From the NCBI GenBank assembly GCA_043228905.1, contig JBHGNT010000009.1, forward strand, positions 9,610,001-9,674,000: a stretch of DNA of 64,000 bases, read 5' to 3'. Below, piece after piece: positions 22,782-36,174 of this stretch. The notes beneath the pieces are model-generated. The model saw nothing but the letters and a program-made list of their open reading frames with translations. It searched no databases and was not told where the DNA came from. This DNA is from Azolla caroliniana. Its lineage: Eukaryota; Plantae; Polypodiophyta. The position numbers and the translations under genes are program-made. Each line of letters opens with the position of its first letter. Position 1 is the first letter of the stretch.

Positions 22782-25475
22782 CCCTCCCCTTAACGTTGAA
22801 CCCCCTTGGGAGGGGGGTGGAGCCATTCTAGGCACCTCCCCCCACCCCACAATGCTTCTCAATACACATCCCACACCGATCACCATCTCCATTGCTATCA
22901 TCACACTCACCATGTCTATCTTTATCATAATTATCAGTAACCCTAACCCTAAAACCTACAACACGTTTTGGTGACCACTAAGGCGACCCCCCTTTGGAGA
23001 CAGAGTCGAAGAATGATACGCGGCGAAGAATGATGCAACCCTCATCAACGCGAAATTGAATCGACAATGTGCAAGAATTGGTGGAAATGTAAGAAAGAAC
23101 GATGGTGCGATGACTATTCGCTGTAGAAGTATGCAAGAAAAGCGGCAAATGATGGCAATGATGTGCGGGAACTGACAATATGTACAAGTGAGTGAAAAAT
23201 TGAAGATTGACAATGTCTTCATCACAAAGCGGGGAATCGATGAATCAACAAGGAAGTGTTAAGCATCCCTAATCCATGTTTAGTCATAAGCAGAGACAAA
23301 TATATCCCCTGATGTGTGTTAAAGTAGAGACAAATATGTCCATAGTTTACAAGTTAAAGCACACATGTATCTCCTCCTAATCACCATTTCAATCATCATC
23401 ACCATATCCACCTAGATCATTCTTAAAGAAGATGGAGAAGATGACGATGATCATGATGAAGGCGAATATGAACATGAAATGGTGTGTGGTTCGTGGAATC
23501 ATGTGAAACTCTACCAAGATCATAGACATGAAATATCTTTATATGAAAACCATGGATCATTCGGTGTACCAGGAATCATGAGAATTATCGTCATGGCCGG
23601 ACAACGGCTCAAGAGCAGCCAGACAACAATCGGAGCGGTTGGAGTGGCCAGATAGTGGCTAAACAATAGCCGACAACCGGACAAATGCTGGCACGACAGC
23701 CGGCCAACGACGGGCCGGACAACCGAACAGTGTGGCCGAAGAAGCTAGAATGGCAAAACAATGGTTGGAGTGGCCGGAATTGCCGACGACAGACACCGGA
23801 TGCCGAACGGGTAGAGACGCATAATGCCAGAAGGAAAGATAGTTGGAAAGGACCGGACCGGACAAACGGATGAACTGGAAGACAAATGACAGTGTCGGAT
23901 AGAGACGACGAAAGAGATGGCTGGAGACGGAGACGAACATAGTGGTGGCAGTTAGACAGGGCCGATAGGACGACGAAGATGCCTGACGACAAACGACCAA
24001 ACAACGGCCAGACAAACCGTTGGACAACGGACAACAACAGCTAGGAGATGGCCGAAGTGACGGAGAGGCAACCGAAAGGGCCGGACAGCCACGTCCGAAC
24101 ATCGGAGGACACCGATGGCAACACCGACGGAGCCAGAGACAGAAACAGAAATAAAAATAGAGACCGAGACGGAGATGAACAGAGAAGGCCGTATAGACAC
24201 AACGACACACAACAACACACAAGAACAGAGCGTGACAGCCACAGAGAACAATGGACATAGCGGTGGTGAAAGAAGGAAGAAGAAACAGAAAATGGAGATG
24301 AAGGAAAGAAAGAGAGAAGGGAAGAAGAAATAGAAAACACAAAGAAAGAGACGTTGAAGAAGAAGAAAAAAAGAAGAAGAAGAAGGAAGGAATCAGAGGA
24401 GACAGACAGATAGAAAGGAGGGAAATGAAAGAAGCAAGAGAAAAAGAAGGAAACAAGAAAAGAAAAAAGAGGGAAAAAGAGAATGATAAGGAAGAAATTC
24501 GAGGAGTTTTGAAAACCTGAGGGCATCCGAAGAATTTCGAAAAACATGATGGCATTGTCAAAATTTAAAAAAATCAAAGGGCACCTACGAAATGTCGAAA
24601 ACTCATGAACCTAAAAGAAATGGACGTGATCCACACACAATTCACAAGATACAAAGAAGAACACACATACACACAACGTCTTTTTGACAACCTGAATGAT
24701 GTTACCAAAGTTTGTGAGCCGACAGAATGAGAATGTTTGTGTCGATGAAGTCGCTGACCGAAGGAGATGTTCGAGTCAAGCGCCCCGATCGAGGGAGTCG
24801 ATCGTTGATGTTACTGAAGTTCGTCAACGACAGAACGAGAATGTTCGTGTCGATGAAGATTCGTTGACCAACAAAGATGTTCGAGTCAAGCGCTCCGATC
24901 GAGGGAGTCGATCGTTGAGAGGATCGATGGAAGTTCCGGTCAAAGAAAGATTATGATCAAGGCATGTGGGATCGATGTGCAAGGCACTCTCCCATGGGCG
25001 TACCATATTGTGTTACCTTACGAGACGTACGTGATTGATAAGTGAGGGTGAACGATATAATGTATGTGTAATCTTATACGATTATGAGTGTGAATGTAAG
25101 TGTGAGTGTGGTGGATACAAAGAGGTGTGAGTGAGTGACTAGGTGTGAATGCCCAAGGGACTTGCACCCTTGTGGATCTACCCCTTTGTGCCTATTTAAC
25201 CCCTTATGAGGAATGAATGAAGAGAATAACCATTTCTCTCTCAATCTCTCTCTTGTCATCTCTCTCTCTCTCTCTTCCCTCCCCTTAATGTTGAACCCCC
25301 TTGGGAGGGGGGTGGAGCCATTCTAGGCACAACCCCCCACGCCGCAATGCTTCTCAATGCTTCTCAATGCTTGTCGTCTTTGTCACCATCAATCCCATAA
25401 CGCATCATCCTCGTCAAACATACCATCCCCCACCAATCATCATTACCATTAACCCTAACCCTAAAACGTACAACA
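22563..25475 (+). mobile_element. Non-autonomous LTR element (TRIM/LARD-like) inserted in the chromovirus RT
   Basis: About 400-bp direct repeats at 22563-22963 and 25084-25475; PBS-like TGGTGACCACT at 22969; purine tract near 25037-25052; non-coding interior; splits RT at NKVI|IRN. Confidence 0.85.
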
Positions 25476-25892
25476 ATGACCTTATTCAAGCCACGATAAT
25501 CTATGATGAGACGAAGTGATCCATCCTTTTTCTTGATGAAGAAAATGGGTGCGCTGGTTGGAGATTTCGAATGTCGAGTGAAACCATTTGCAAAATTCTC
25601 GTCTATATAGGCTCGAAGGACTTCTAGCTTGGTTGATGAAAAATTGTATATCGGCTCCCATGGTTGCTCTTTTCCCGGTTGTAAATCAATGGGGCAATCA
25701 TACGGTCGATGGTGAGGAAGCGTATTGGCTTGTATTTTATCGAACACATCGAAATAATGACAATACTTCTCTGGAAGTTGAACGGTGGACTCCTCTTTAG
25801 TGGTGTTGGAGGGTTTTACTGATACTGTGAAGAGAAGCATTTCTTCCTTGTGTCCTTCCTCACGCAACTGATGTAGTGAAATGGTTACAATC

Positions 25893-26122
25893 TTATGAGT
25901 AGATCCTCGGGTTTGTCGATACCGGATTTCTCTTGTTCTCCAATCTATGTCTGGGTTATGTAATTCGAACCATAGTAATCCCAAAACAATGGGATGTTCT
26001 GGGATACTTATGAGTAGATCCTCGGGTTTGTCGATACCGGATTTCTCTTGTTCTCCAATCTATGTCTGGGTTATGTAATTCGAACCATAGTAATCCCAAA
26101 ACAATGGGATGTTCTGGGATAC
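25893..26122. repeat. 115-bp tandem duplication
   Basis: 25893-26007 is repeated at 26008-26122, apparently identical. Confidence 0.9.
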
Positions 26123-27170
26123 TAATTATATTAAAGGATACTTCACACGCTAAATTATCTAGGACAATATTAACGGGCTTTAACTATGATATTTGCGGAA
26201 GCAATGGGACGACCATTGACCATCAATGACTATTACAGAAGCTGGACACGAGAGTTTTCTTAGGGATATCTGATGAGCTTGGGCAAAATTCCTATCCATG
26301 AAGCAAGAATTAGCTCCGGAATCTAGGAGTGTTGAGACATGTACTAGTGAGGTACTTTTAGTACTAACTGTTACTTGGGCTAAGAACACATTGCTAACTT
26401 GCGTAGAGGGAATGGAACCACTAATGGGTTGCACGGATCTAGGGTTGTCCAACCAAAGGGACATCAAATTTGTTCGATAGATTTGGGCTATTAGTACAAT
26501 TAGGACTATCAGATATTCCTACTGAAATAGACTCGGGTTTAGTACAATTAGAACTAGCAACTATTTGGTTTACCTGTCTTCTTGGCCTATGGGGACAATT
26601 CACTAAAATATGCCCTGGTCCACCGCAATAAAGACATAGTTGATTTGCCCAAAATCACTGCTTTTCTTCTTCTGATAATGGTCCGCGATGACGTTTGGCG
26701 TTGGAGTATTCACTGGAGACGCATTATATGACTCCCTTGGAAAAGGTTTTGCTACCACTGAGGTGTAGGTTGGCTCTAATCTTGCCCTAGGCATCTGGAA
26801 TTGATGTTCCGAACAGTTGAGAGTCGAACTCAACTTCCCATAGTAATAGGTTTCACACTAGCTCATGGTTATACCAGGCTAGTTTTGTAAATAGTAGAAA
26901 GGGCACCTCCCCTAGTTTAGTTGGTATTTAAACCAACCCATTGTAACTTAGTTACGGTTGGAAGTATTTTTGGTTAATGTAATATACAGTCTTTTATCTC
27001 TGTGTTAAGATCTGTCTCTCTGGTTTGCCTTACGTGCATACACACAGTCCTTCTAGTACATCTCAGCCACTCTTGCTCCTCATTCCTTTACATGGTATCA
27101 GAGCGTGTGGTTGCCTAATCGAATTTACTCAACTATGTTGTGGTACACGCTGTCATAGACAGGATGCCAC

Positions 27171-27242
27171 ATGGAATGGTGGGGGTTGAACCCATGACCT
27201 TCTGGTCATATTGGGCAACCTTACCAATTGAGCTACAACCAT
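27171..27242 (-). promoter_or_regulatory. 72-nt tRNA-like module in LTR U3 (second copy about 32211-32274)
   Basis: Minus strand: ATGGTTG TAGCTCAATTGGTA ... AAGGTC ATGGG TTCAACC CCCAC CATTCCAT. Confidence 0.7.
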
Positions 27243-27641
27243 CTATGCATTATTGTATTGTGTAAGACTCAACTTATTTCATTATAGATTGATCACTAGA
27301 ACTTTCAAGAACCTTTTAGAGAATGCATCTTCATGCACTCTCTAGAAGTTTCCATGCACTCTCTAGAAGTCTTTTAGCTTTCATGCATACCTCCACATTC
27401 TTGTATAAATAATGGGGTGCACCTTGATTACAATCAAGGTGAACAACACTAGTTATGAAAACATATACAGTTCTTGATTATTTGTCTATCCTCGCTCTTG
27501 CTTGTTCTCTTGTCTATGCTCTCTCTCTCCTACTATCTCTTAATATTGAGCCTCGTCTACTTGTCCTTGACAATCTTGTGATCTTGCTTATGCTCTCGCT
27601 CTCTCTTAGTACTTAGCCTCATTCCACCCGTTCGTGACAGT

Positions 27642-27652
27642 TTGTTCACCTT
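27642..27652 (+). promoter_or_regulatory. Self-priming PBS
   Basis: TTGTTCACCTT is the exact reverse complement of 27436-27446, which lies 32 nt after the TATA box at 27404. Confidence 0.8.
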
Positions 27653-30600
27653 CCCATTTTCTAAGCCTCAACATGTCGTATCTTACCGAGGGAATAAATC
27701 ACCTCATGGAAGCCATGCATCAACTTCAACTTGAGAATGACAACCTTCAGATTGGAACACTGATGGAACTCGAAGAAAAAAACAACTCTCCTCCTACATC
27801 AACAAATGTTCTACCTATAGAGTTTGATTCCTCGTCTATGCTTTCTCCGACACCTTCCCATCCCACTACAAGTTTGGAGCCCAATATTAGTTTACCTAAC
27901 AAGTTCGATGGCACGAGGAAGCACTTCTGAGGGTTGATAAATCAGATCAAGCTTATTATCCAACTATAGCCTCAATGGTATATGGATAATTTTTGTCAAG
28001 TTGATCTCATCGGGACCCTTCTATCCGGAGCTTCACAAGCCTGGTTTGCATCGTTGGTCAAAACTTCCTCACCATTTCTACAAAATGTTCTTGCCTTTGT
28101 AGCAAAGTTTGAGGCAACATTTGGGGATACGGACCGAAGCCAAACTGCCATCCCCAAACTCTATTCATTACATCAAGGTATGCGTCTGGTATCCATTTAT
28201 GCCTCTGAATTTACAAAATTAGCATGTGATGTTCAGTGGGATGGCCAAGCTCTCTGCGACCATTTTCGTCGGGGCCTTCGAAGCTAGATTAAAAATTTAC
28301 TAGTACTCAACTTTTTGGAGCCTACGTCATTGTCGCAAGCCATCACGCAAGTAGTTAGTTGTGACAATCGGTTGTTTGAGCTTCGTCAAGAGGAACGAGC
28401 AACTTCAAGGTGGAAACCCTCTTCGAGATCTTCCCCATCATCATCGTACGATGACCCCATGCCAATTGAAATTGATCGAGCTCGCACCACACCACTCACC
28501 AAGGGTGAACAGAGGTATCGCCGAACCAACGAACTATGTTTATATTGTGGTTCATCCACCCATCTCATTAGTTTTTTCCCAATCAAGAATAATCAACGAC
28601 AAATATCTACAAACAATACGACAAGATGCCCCTAACAATACAGTAGGAGCCATGTGGTTGGACAATCCGCATTCGTGTCGCTCCCATAGTTCGGTTACAT
28701 TGATAGACGATTTCTCCTTTCCGGTAAGCATCCATTTCAAGTTGATTTCAATTAGATCCTTAGCACTTCTAGATTCCGGGGCAACAACATGTTTTATGGA
28801 CGAAAGGTTCGTTCATAAACACAAATTCCTGGTTGTCCAATTGTCCAAGCCAATCCTAGTGGAAGCTATTGATGGACGCATGCTATCTTCGGGTGCAGTC
28901 ACCGAAGCCAATGTCCCACTTATCTTACAGCTCGGGGACCACCAAGAGGCCTTAATGTTTTATGTTATCACTTCACTGCTACATTTGATCATCCTCGGTT
29001 TGTCTTGGCTGAAGGCACAAAATCCACTTGTTGATTGACGCAATCACTCGATTACTTTCTCCCAAACCAGCTCGGAGGTGCAAGCAATATTTCATGTGGT
29101 TGCAGGCACTCACCCTCCCATTAATGCAGGTATAAGGTCCAAGGCGGATGCTCACATCCCAATCACAACAAGGAAAATAGTGCAGAGTGCCTCGTTGAGC
29201 AATCCAATGAGGACAGCTACTGACTCACTACCTTCCAAGTATGACGACATCAAGGACGTATTTGAGAAAAAGAATGCTGATCACTTGCCTAAGCATCCAC
29301 GCTACGACTATCCGATCGATTTGCAAGAAGTTGCGAGTCCTCCCTTTGGTTCAATTTATGGGTTGTCGGAACCAAAACTCCAGGCACTCCGAACCTATCT
29401 CGACGAGAACCTTGAAAGGGTTTTATTCAACCCTCAAAATCACCAGCAAGAGCTCCTATTTTGTTCGTGAAAAAGAAAGATGGATCCTTACACCTCCGCG
29501 TCGACTATCGGGGTCTAAACAAGATTACTATTCGCAACCGCTACCCACTGCCTCCCATCCCAGAGCTGTTGGATTGAGTCCGGATTGGGAAGATCTTCTC
29601 CAAGATTGACCTACGGGGAGCATACAATTTGGTACGGATCAAACCTGGAGATGAATGGAAAACCACCTTTAGAACGCGCTATGGACATTTCAAGTATAAG
29701 GTAATGCCTTTCGGCCTCACTAATGCTCCTGCAGTATTTCAACATATGATGAATGACATATTCCGAGAATATCTAGATCACTTTGTTGTGATCTATCTAG
29801 ATGATATCTTGGTCTTCTCTTCGAACATCAAGGAGCATACTCGACATGTCAGGTTATAGTCCTCGCCAAACTTCGCGAGCACGGACTCTATGCTAAAAGT
29901 GAAAAATATGAATTTGATCTTACTTCTGTAGAGTTTCTTGGGTATATCATTTTGACACTGGGAATCACAATGGACACATGGAAAGTCAAGCCTATCCAAG
30001 AGTGGGCTGTCCCAACTCGGGTACGAGATGTGCAATCATTCCTTGGTTTTGCCAATTTTTAACGTCGCTTCATCAAAGGATTCCCAGTGATCGCACAACC
30101 TCGCATTGCTCTTACCCGCAAGGATGCTACTTTTGAATGGACAACAACTGCCCAAAAGGCGTACAACTTGCTGAAACAAGCCTTTACTATGGCACCGGTC
30201 CTTTTACATCCTGACCAAACTAAGCCTTTCCAAGTCGAAACGGATGCTTCCGATTTCGTCATTGGGGCGATCCTCTCCTAGCCAGATGAGGTCGGTGTGC
30301 TTCACCCAGTGGCTTACTACTCCCACAAATTCACGGCCCTAGAAATAAACTACCCCATATATGACAAGGAGCTTCTTGCTATTATTGCTGCTTTTGAAGA
30401 ATGGAAACCCTATTTAGTCGGGGTGCAACACCGTATCCAAGTGATTACTGATCACAAAAATCTAATATACTTTTCTACCACATGAACCTTAAATCATAGA
30501 CAGGTGCGATGGTCGACATTCTTGGCAGACTATGATTTTGAGATAATCTTTCGACCCGACGCTCAACACACGACGACCGTTGTCTTATCCTGTTGGTTTG

Positions 30601-33600
30601 AGTTCGAGCTCACTCCGCAGGATGAAGCCTATGTTCAGCAGTCCTAGAGTTTGTTAAATCCTAACCAATTCTACAACTTCACGACTTTCTTGCTCCGGGA
30701 AGACTCTTTGCTCAAGAAAATAGCAGAAGTCACTACGACTGACAAGCTCACCACAAAGGTCAAGGCAAGTATCACAAACCCCTCCCATGAACCCAAAAGA
30801 CCTGATTTAGCTCGTTTTACAATTCAGGATAATCTTTTGTTTCGAGATAATCTTTTGTATGTCCCAGAAGGTCCTTGTCGGACAAGGGTGCTTCACGAGT
30901 GTCACGATGATCCACTCGTTGGTCATTTTGGCATTGTGAAAACCTTGGAGTTGATATCTCGGGGATACTAGTAGCCACAACCATAGAAATTAGTCAAAGA
31001 GTTCGTTAAGTCATGCGACTTTTGTGTTCGCTCTAAACCATCTCATCATCGACCATATGGTCTCCTTCGTCCTCTCCCAATCCCCAAACGGCCTTGGGCC
31101 TCTCTTTCCATGGATTTCATCACTGACCTTCCCTTTGTTGGTGGTTATGACTCGGTATTCCTCATGGTCGATCGCTTCACCAAGATGGCTCATTTTACTC
31201 CATGTGCCAAAACCATTACCGAAGAGGAGACTACCGATTTGTTTCTCAAAATTGTGGTTCAACTACATGGACTCCCGAACAATATCACTTCTGATCGAGG
31301 ACCACAATTTGTTTCCAATTTCTGGCGGCACCTTCTGCAAACCTTTGGTTGTACTATGAATCTATCTTCCTCTTATCATCCGCAAACCGATGGACAAACG
31401 GAGCGGGTTAACCAAATCTTGGAACAATACTTGTGGTGCTCTCGTAGTTAACAACAAGACAACTGGGTTGATCTTCTCCCACTTGCTAAGTTCGCCTACA
31501 ACAACTCTCTGCATGCATCTATGGGAGTTACTCCATTTTTCGCCAACTACGATCTCCACCCCCACTTCAACATTTCGCTTCCCTCTGACTCTATCAATCC
31601 TTCTGCGTAGGACTAGGCACGTCTCTTGGAGGATGTACATCACGATTTTTCCTTGGAGCTCACCCTCGCTGCCGAACGCTCGCTACAAGGAGCAAGCTGA
31701 CCGTCATCACTTAGATGCTCCCCACTTTGAGGTAGGAGACTTTGTTTGGCTTCTCCGTCGCAATATTGCCACCACTCGTCCTTGTCCAAAGCTTGATTAC
31801 AAGAAGTTAGGCCCTTTCCAAATCATTGAGAAAATTAGTTCCATGGCTATCCGCTTAGAGCTACCATCCCACTTTCGTATTCATAATGTATTCCATGTCT
31901 CCCTTCTAGAACCTCGCCATATATCTGACATCCCTGGCGACACCCATCTCCTCCACCACCAATCTAGCTCTCAACCGGAGAAGAATATGAGGTCGACCAA
32001 ATTCTCGACTCTCATCTCTTTCGTTGCCAGCTTCAATACCTTGTCCTCTAGAAAGGGTACCCGATCTCCGAAGCAACATGGGAGCCGATACATCATCTCA
32101 AGCATGCCCCGAACATAGTTCGAGCATTTCATGAATGTTATCCACAAAAACCAGGCACAGGTCGACGGAGGCGGCCTAAGAGGGAGGATACTGTCATAAA
32201 CAGGATGCCAATGGGGGTTGAACCCATGACCTTCTGATCATATTGGGCAATCTTAGCAATTGAGCTACATCCATCTATGCATTATTGTATTGTGTAAGAC
32301 TCAACTTATTTCATTATAGATTGATCACTAGAACTTTCAAGAACCTTCTAGAGAATGCATCTTCATGCACTCTCTAGAAGTCTTCTAGCTTTCATGCATA
32401 CCTCCACATTCTTGTATAAATACCGGGGTGCAATCAAGGTGAACAACACCAGTTATGAACGCATATACAGTTGTTGTTTATTTGTCTATTCTCTCTCTTG
32501 CTTGTTCTCTTGTCTTTGCTCTCTCTCCCGTTATCTCTTAATATTGAGCCTCGTCTACTTGTCCTTGACAATCTTGTGATCTTGCTTATCCTCTCGCTCT
32601 CTCTTAGCACTTAGCCTCATTCCACCCGTTCGTGACACACGCCGACGATCAACATAGAAGAAATCGACATAATGAACACTCAGATGGGAAGCGCTCTTCC
32701 TACTAAGAAGCTTGACAGAACGAATTTCGCATCTTGGGAATACAAGATGCATCAATACCTTGTCGGACAAGGTTACTAGAGCTACATTGAAGGAGCTCAC
32801 AAAACTCAACGCAACCCAACACATGCCGACTATCCCGCTTGGGAGCAGGCCACAAGCCGTGTGTTGTATTGCCTTGCATCATGCATTCATGATCATACGC
32901 TTGGCTATATTGGAGATTTGAAAACACCGAAAGAAGCTTGGGGAAATCTCAAGAAGATTTTTACGGCCAACACGGCTGCACGAAAGCTCCAACTTCAATA
33001 GGAGCTAAACAACATGCAACAGAGGGACATGTCGATCACCGGCTATACATTAAAGATCAATGAGCTGTGCAATGCCCTGGCTTGATTAATGTCGTAATCG
33101 ACAATGAAGAGATGGTGCAATCATGCCTAGGCGGTTTAGCACCCCGATTTGGCTCGATTAGATCGGCCATCCTTGCAAGGGAGAACCCTCCTTTATTTTT
33201 CGATATCGAATCAATATTGTCGGTTGAGGAAAATCACGCCCGACAAAGGAGAAATGAACTAGAGTGTCATATGCTCTACTCCCAGTCGAATGATAGAAGA
33301 AAAAGATACGAGACTCGGCGTAAACTAGCCGATAGCTCATGAACTACACATCGAACTCCGACTACGACAATCATAGTGGAATGTTCACGAATTATGCATC
33401 GAATTTTGACTACGACGATCATAGTGGAATGTTTACAAATTACGCCACGGATTCTTACTACGGCGACCATGGCGGAATGTTCATAATGAGGCATGAAGCA
33501 CACTCGATGTCAGCACGGGCCTCAACTAGCGCCTCTGCCTGAAATAACGTATGGTTTGTTGACTCAGGAACATCTAACCACATGACGTCTCATGAAGATT

Positions 33601-36174
33601 GGTTTCGGGAATTACGAAAACCCGAATGACCTGGATATGTCGAGACAGGCGATGACACGACTCATCCAATACAACATATTGGGAACGTCTCATTCGGAAA
33701 CAACGACAAACAAACCTATCTATAGAACGTACTGCATGTCCCTACCATCACGAAAAACTTGGTCTCAGTCAGCCAGATTGTCGAACAAGGAATGCAGACC
33801 TACGATTCAACAACGACGACTACTTCATCGATAGTGGCGGACAAGTCGTAGCCCACGGTCGACGAGAAGGCCGCATGTTTATCCTTGAATCGAACGAGGT
33901 AAAGTCAACCATGTTCACAAAGGGCCTCAAAGTCGAAACGGATTTAAATTTGTGGCAGAAAAGAATCGGCCACATTAATCTCCAAAAACTCTAGAACATG
34001 CAATCAAAAGGAGTCATAATTGGACTCCCAAATTTTACGCGAAGGAGATTACGGGCGTATGCGAAGTGTGCCAGTTCGGAAAGCAACCCCGACATCCATT
34101 TCCGAAAGAGCGGAATGTGAGAAAAGGGATCCTGGATGTCATACATTCAGATGTATGGGGACCGGCCCAAACATGCACACTCTACGGATGCCGATATTAC
34201 ATTACGTTCATCGACGACTTCTCCAGGCACACCTAGATCTATGTTACGTTCGGACACTTCCAGAGGTTCAAGGCCAAAGTCAAAAAAACTACGGGTCGGC
34301 ACGTATGCTGCCTTCGATCGGATGGAGGCAAAGAATACTTTTCCGATGATTTTAAGGCATATCTCCGAAAGGAAGGAATCCGACGAGAATTCTCATGCTG
34401 TCACACACTTCAACAGAATGGCGTAGTTGAGCGTAAAAATGGACACATAGTAGAAGTCGCCTAGGCTATGACGAATGAGAAGAACGTGCCAAAATCGTAC
34501 TGGGCAGAAGCGGCGAACAAGGCTGTATACCTCATGAATAGGTGCACAACATGGGGAGTACACGACGTAACTCCTCATGAGAAGTTCTTTGGGGAGAAGT
34601 CAAACTTATCACATGTCCACATTTTCAGCGCAATCGCTTACGTACATATTCCCGATGATACGCGAAAAAAGCTCGATCCGAAGTCGGAGGAATTTCTCCT
34701 CATAGGATACTCACTCAAATAGAAGGGGTACAAATGCTACAACCCATCTACCCAAAAAGTTCACGTAAGTCGAGATGTCGTTTTCGATGAGTCCGCATCC
34801 TGGTACGCACTAGAAACAACTTCGACTCTGACTCCGCTCGACCTGGAATCTACCGATATGGAGATGGAAGAAGAAGCTCGGCTCATGCGCATGTACGAAG
34901 AAGAAGCCCGATTACGACATGACTTAGTGGACCACGGGAGCCCCCGAGTGACCAAAGCACACTTCGACTGAGTCCGAAACTCGACAAAGGGAAGGCCAAG
35001 ATGTCCGAATACGAAGATCCAATCGACAACGCGTCAACTCACTCCCTTGATAGTGAGTTCGAAGGCCTGGACATCCCAATCATTTGGATAGATGGAGAAG
35101 AAAGCCTTAGCATCAGCAAACGAGAAGCTCCGTTGATCCACCTGTGAAAAGAACCCCGTAAGCCACTTTAGCTACAATGATTATATAGCGCACCATTACG
35201 CCTTCATGATGAAGGTAGCGTCAGTATGAGAGCCGGAGATGCTTTCCGAGCCCGTAAAGGATACATGATGGGTCGATGTGCAATGCATGAGGAAATGGAA
35301 GCATTATGCAAAAACGAGACATGGGATCTCGTCTCTCACACGTCGCACAAGAAAGCGATTAGTTGTCGATGGATTTACAAAGTTAAATACAATGCCAACG
35401 GCTCCGTAAATCGCTTCAAAGCACAAATCAATGCACGGTGTAGACTACGAAGAGACCTTTGCCCCGATGGCAAAGATGACTACCGTGCGGACCGTAATTA
35501 CTCTTGCAGCAGCAAAAGGGTGGCACTTCCACGAGATGGACGTGAAAAACGCCTTCCTCCAAGGAAAATTAGAAGAGGAAGTATATATGATTCAACCACT
35601 CGGATTTGAATCGCGTAGTCATCTACAACCCATATGCCGCCTCAAGAAGACACTATACGGCCTCAAACAAGCACCCTGTGTATGGCACTTGAAGATCACC
35701 CAATATCTTCATCAGATCGGACTTCGAATATCAAAATCTGATACTTCCCTGTACATCCGAAACGAGTTGATAGCCCGATTGTCATCATCCTTTACGTGGA
35801 TGATTTGGTCATCGGAGGAAAGAATCTCGTCGAGATTAACAAAGTCAAATCACTTCTCTCCGGCAGATTCGAAATGAAAGACTTGGACGAGCTCCATTAC
35901 TTCCTAGGCATTGAAGTAATTTGGACACCAATCGGAATAATAATCTCTCAATGGCACTACGTTCTCAACTTACTCTACAAGTTCGGAATGACCGAATGCA
36001 AACCTGTGTCCACCCCTCTCAATCGTAATCTCAAGATGGATGCCGATTCCGGCACAGCCGTGTGCAAGTCAACTAAGTATCGTCAACTAATCGGCAGCTT
36101 AATCTATCTCACCATTACTCAACTCGATCTTAGTTATTCGGTCGGCCTACTTAGCCAATTCATGCATAATCCGA

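Larger units (their letters stand above)
19379..26814 (-). mobile_element. Tcn1-like chromovirus (family B), 5'-interrupted; 3' LTR at 19379-19869
   Basis: Chromodomain YEVAAIL...YYLVDWLG...TWEP, integrase, RNase H, RT (IIYLDDLL), protease LLDSGA; PPT AAAGGGGGGATAG next to the LTR. Confidence 0.92.
27151..32637 (+). mobile_element. Full-length Tcn1-like chromovirus (family A), TSD CACGC; LTRs 27151-27639 and 32192-32637
   Basis: Paired LTRs TGTCA...TGACA; CACGC on both sides; gag, LLDSGA, VIYLDD, RNase H, integrase and chromodomain, all decayed. Confidence 0.96.

Noticed and set aside
23609-24577. Long Phe/Ser/Leu-rich minus-strand ORFs resembling membrane proteins
   Set aside because: They arise from purine-rich low-complexity sequence that is open in several frames.
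24760-24900. GTTCGAGTC B-box-like words in the non-coding element
   Set aside because: No A box at tRNA spacing and no T stem.
27171-27242. Functional tRNA gene
   Set aside because: The anticodon arm and D stem do not pair, so it is reported only as a tRNA-like module.
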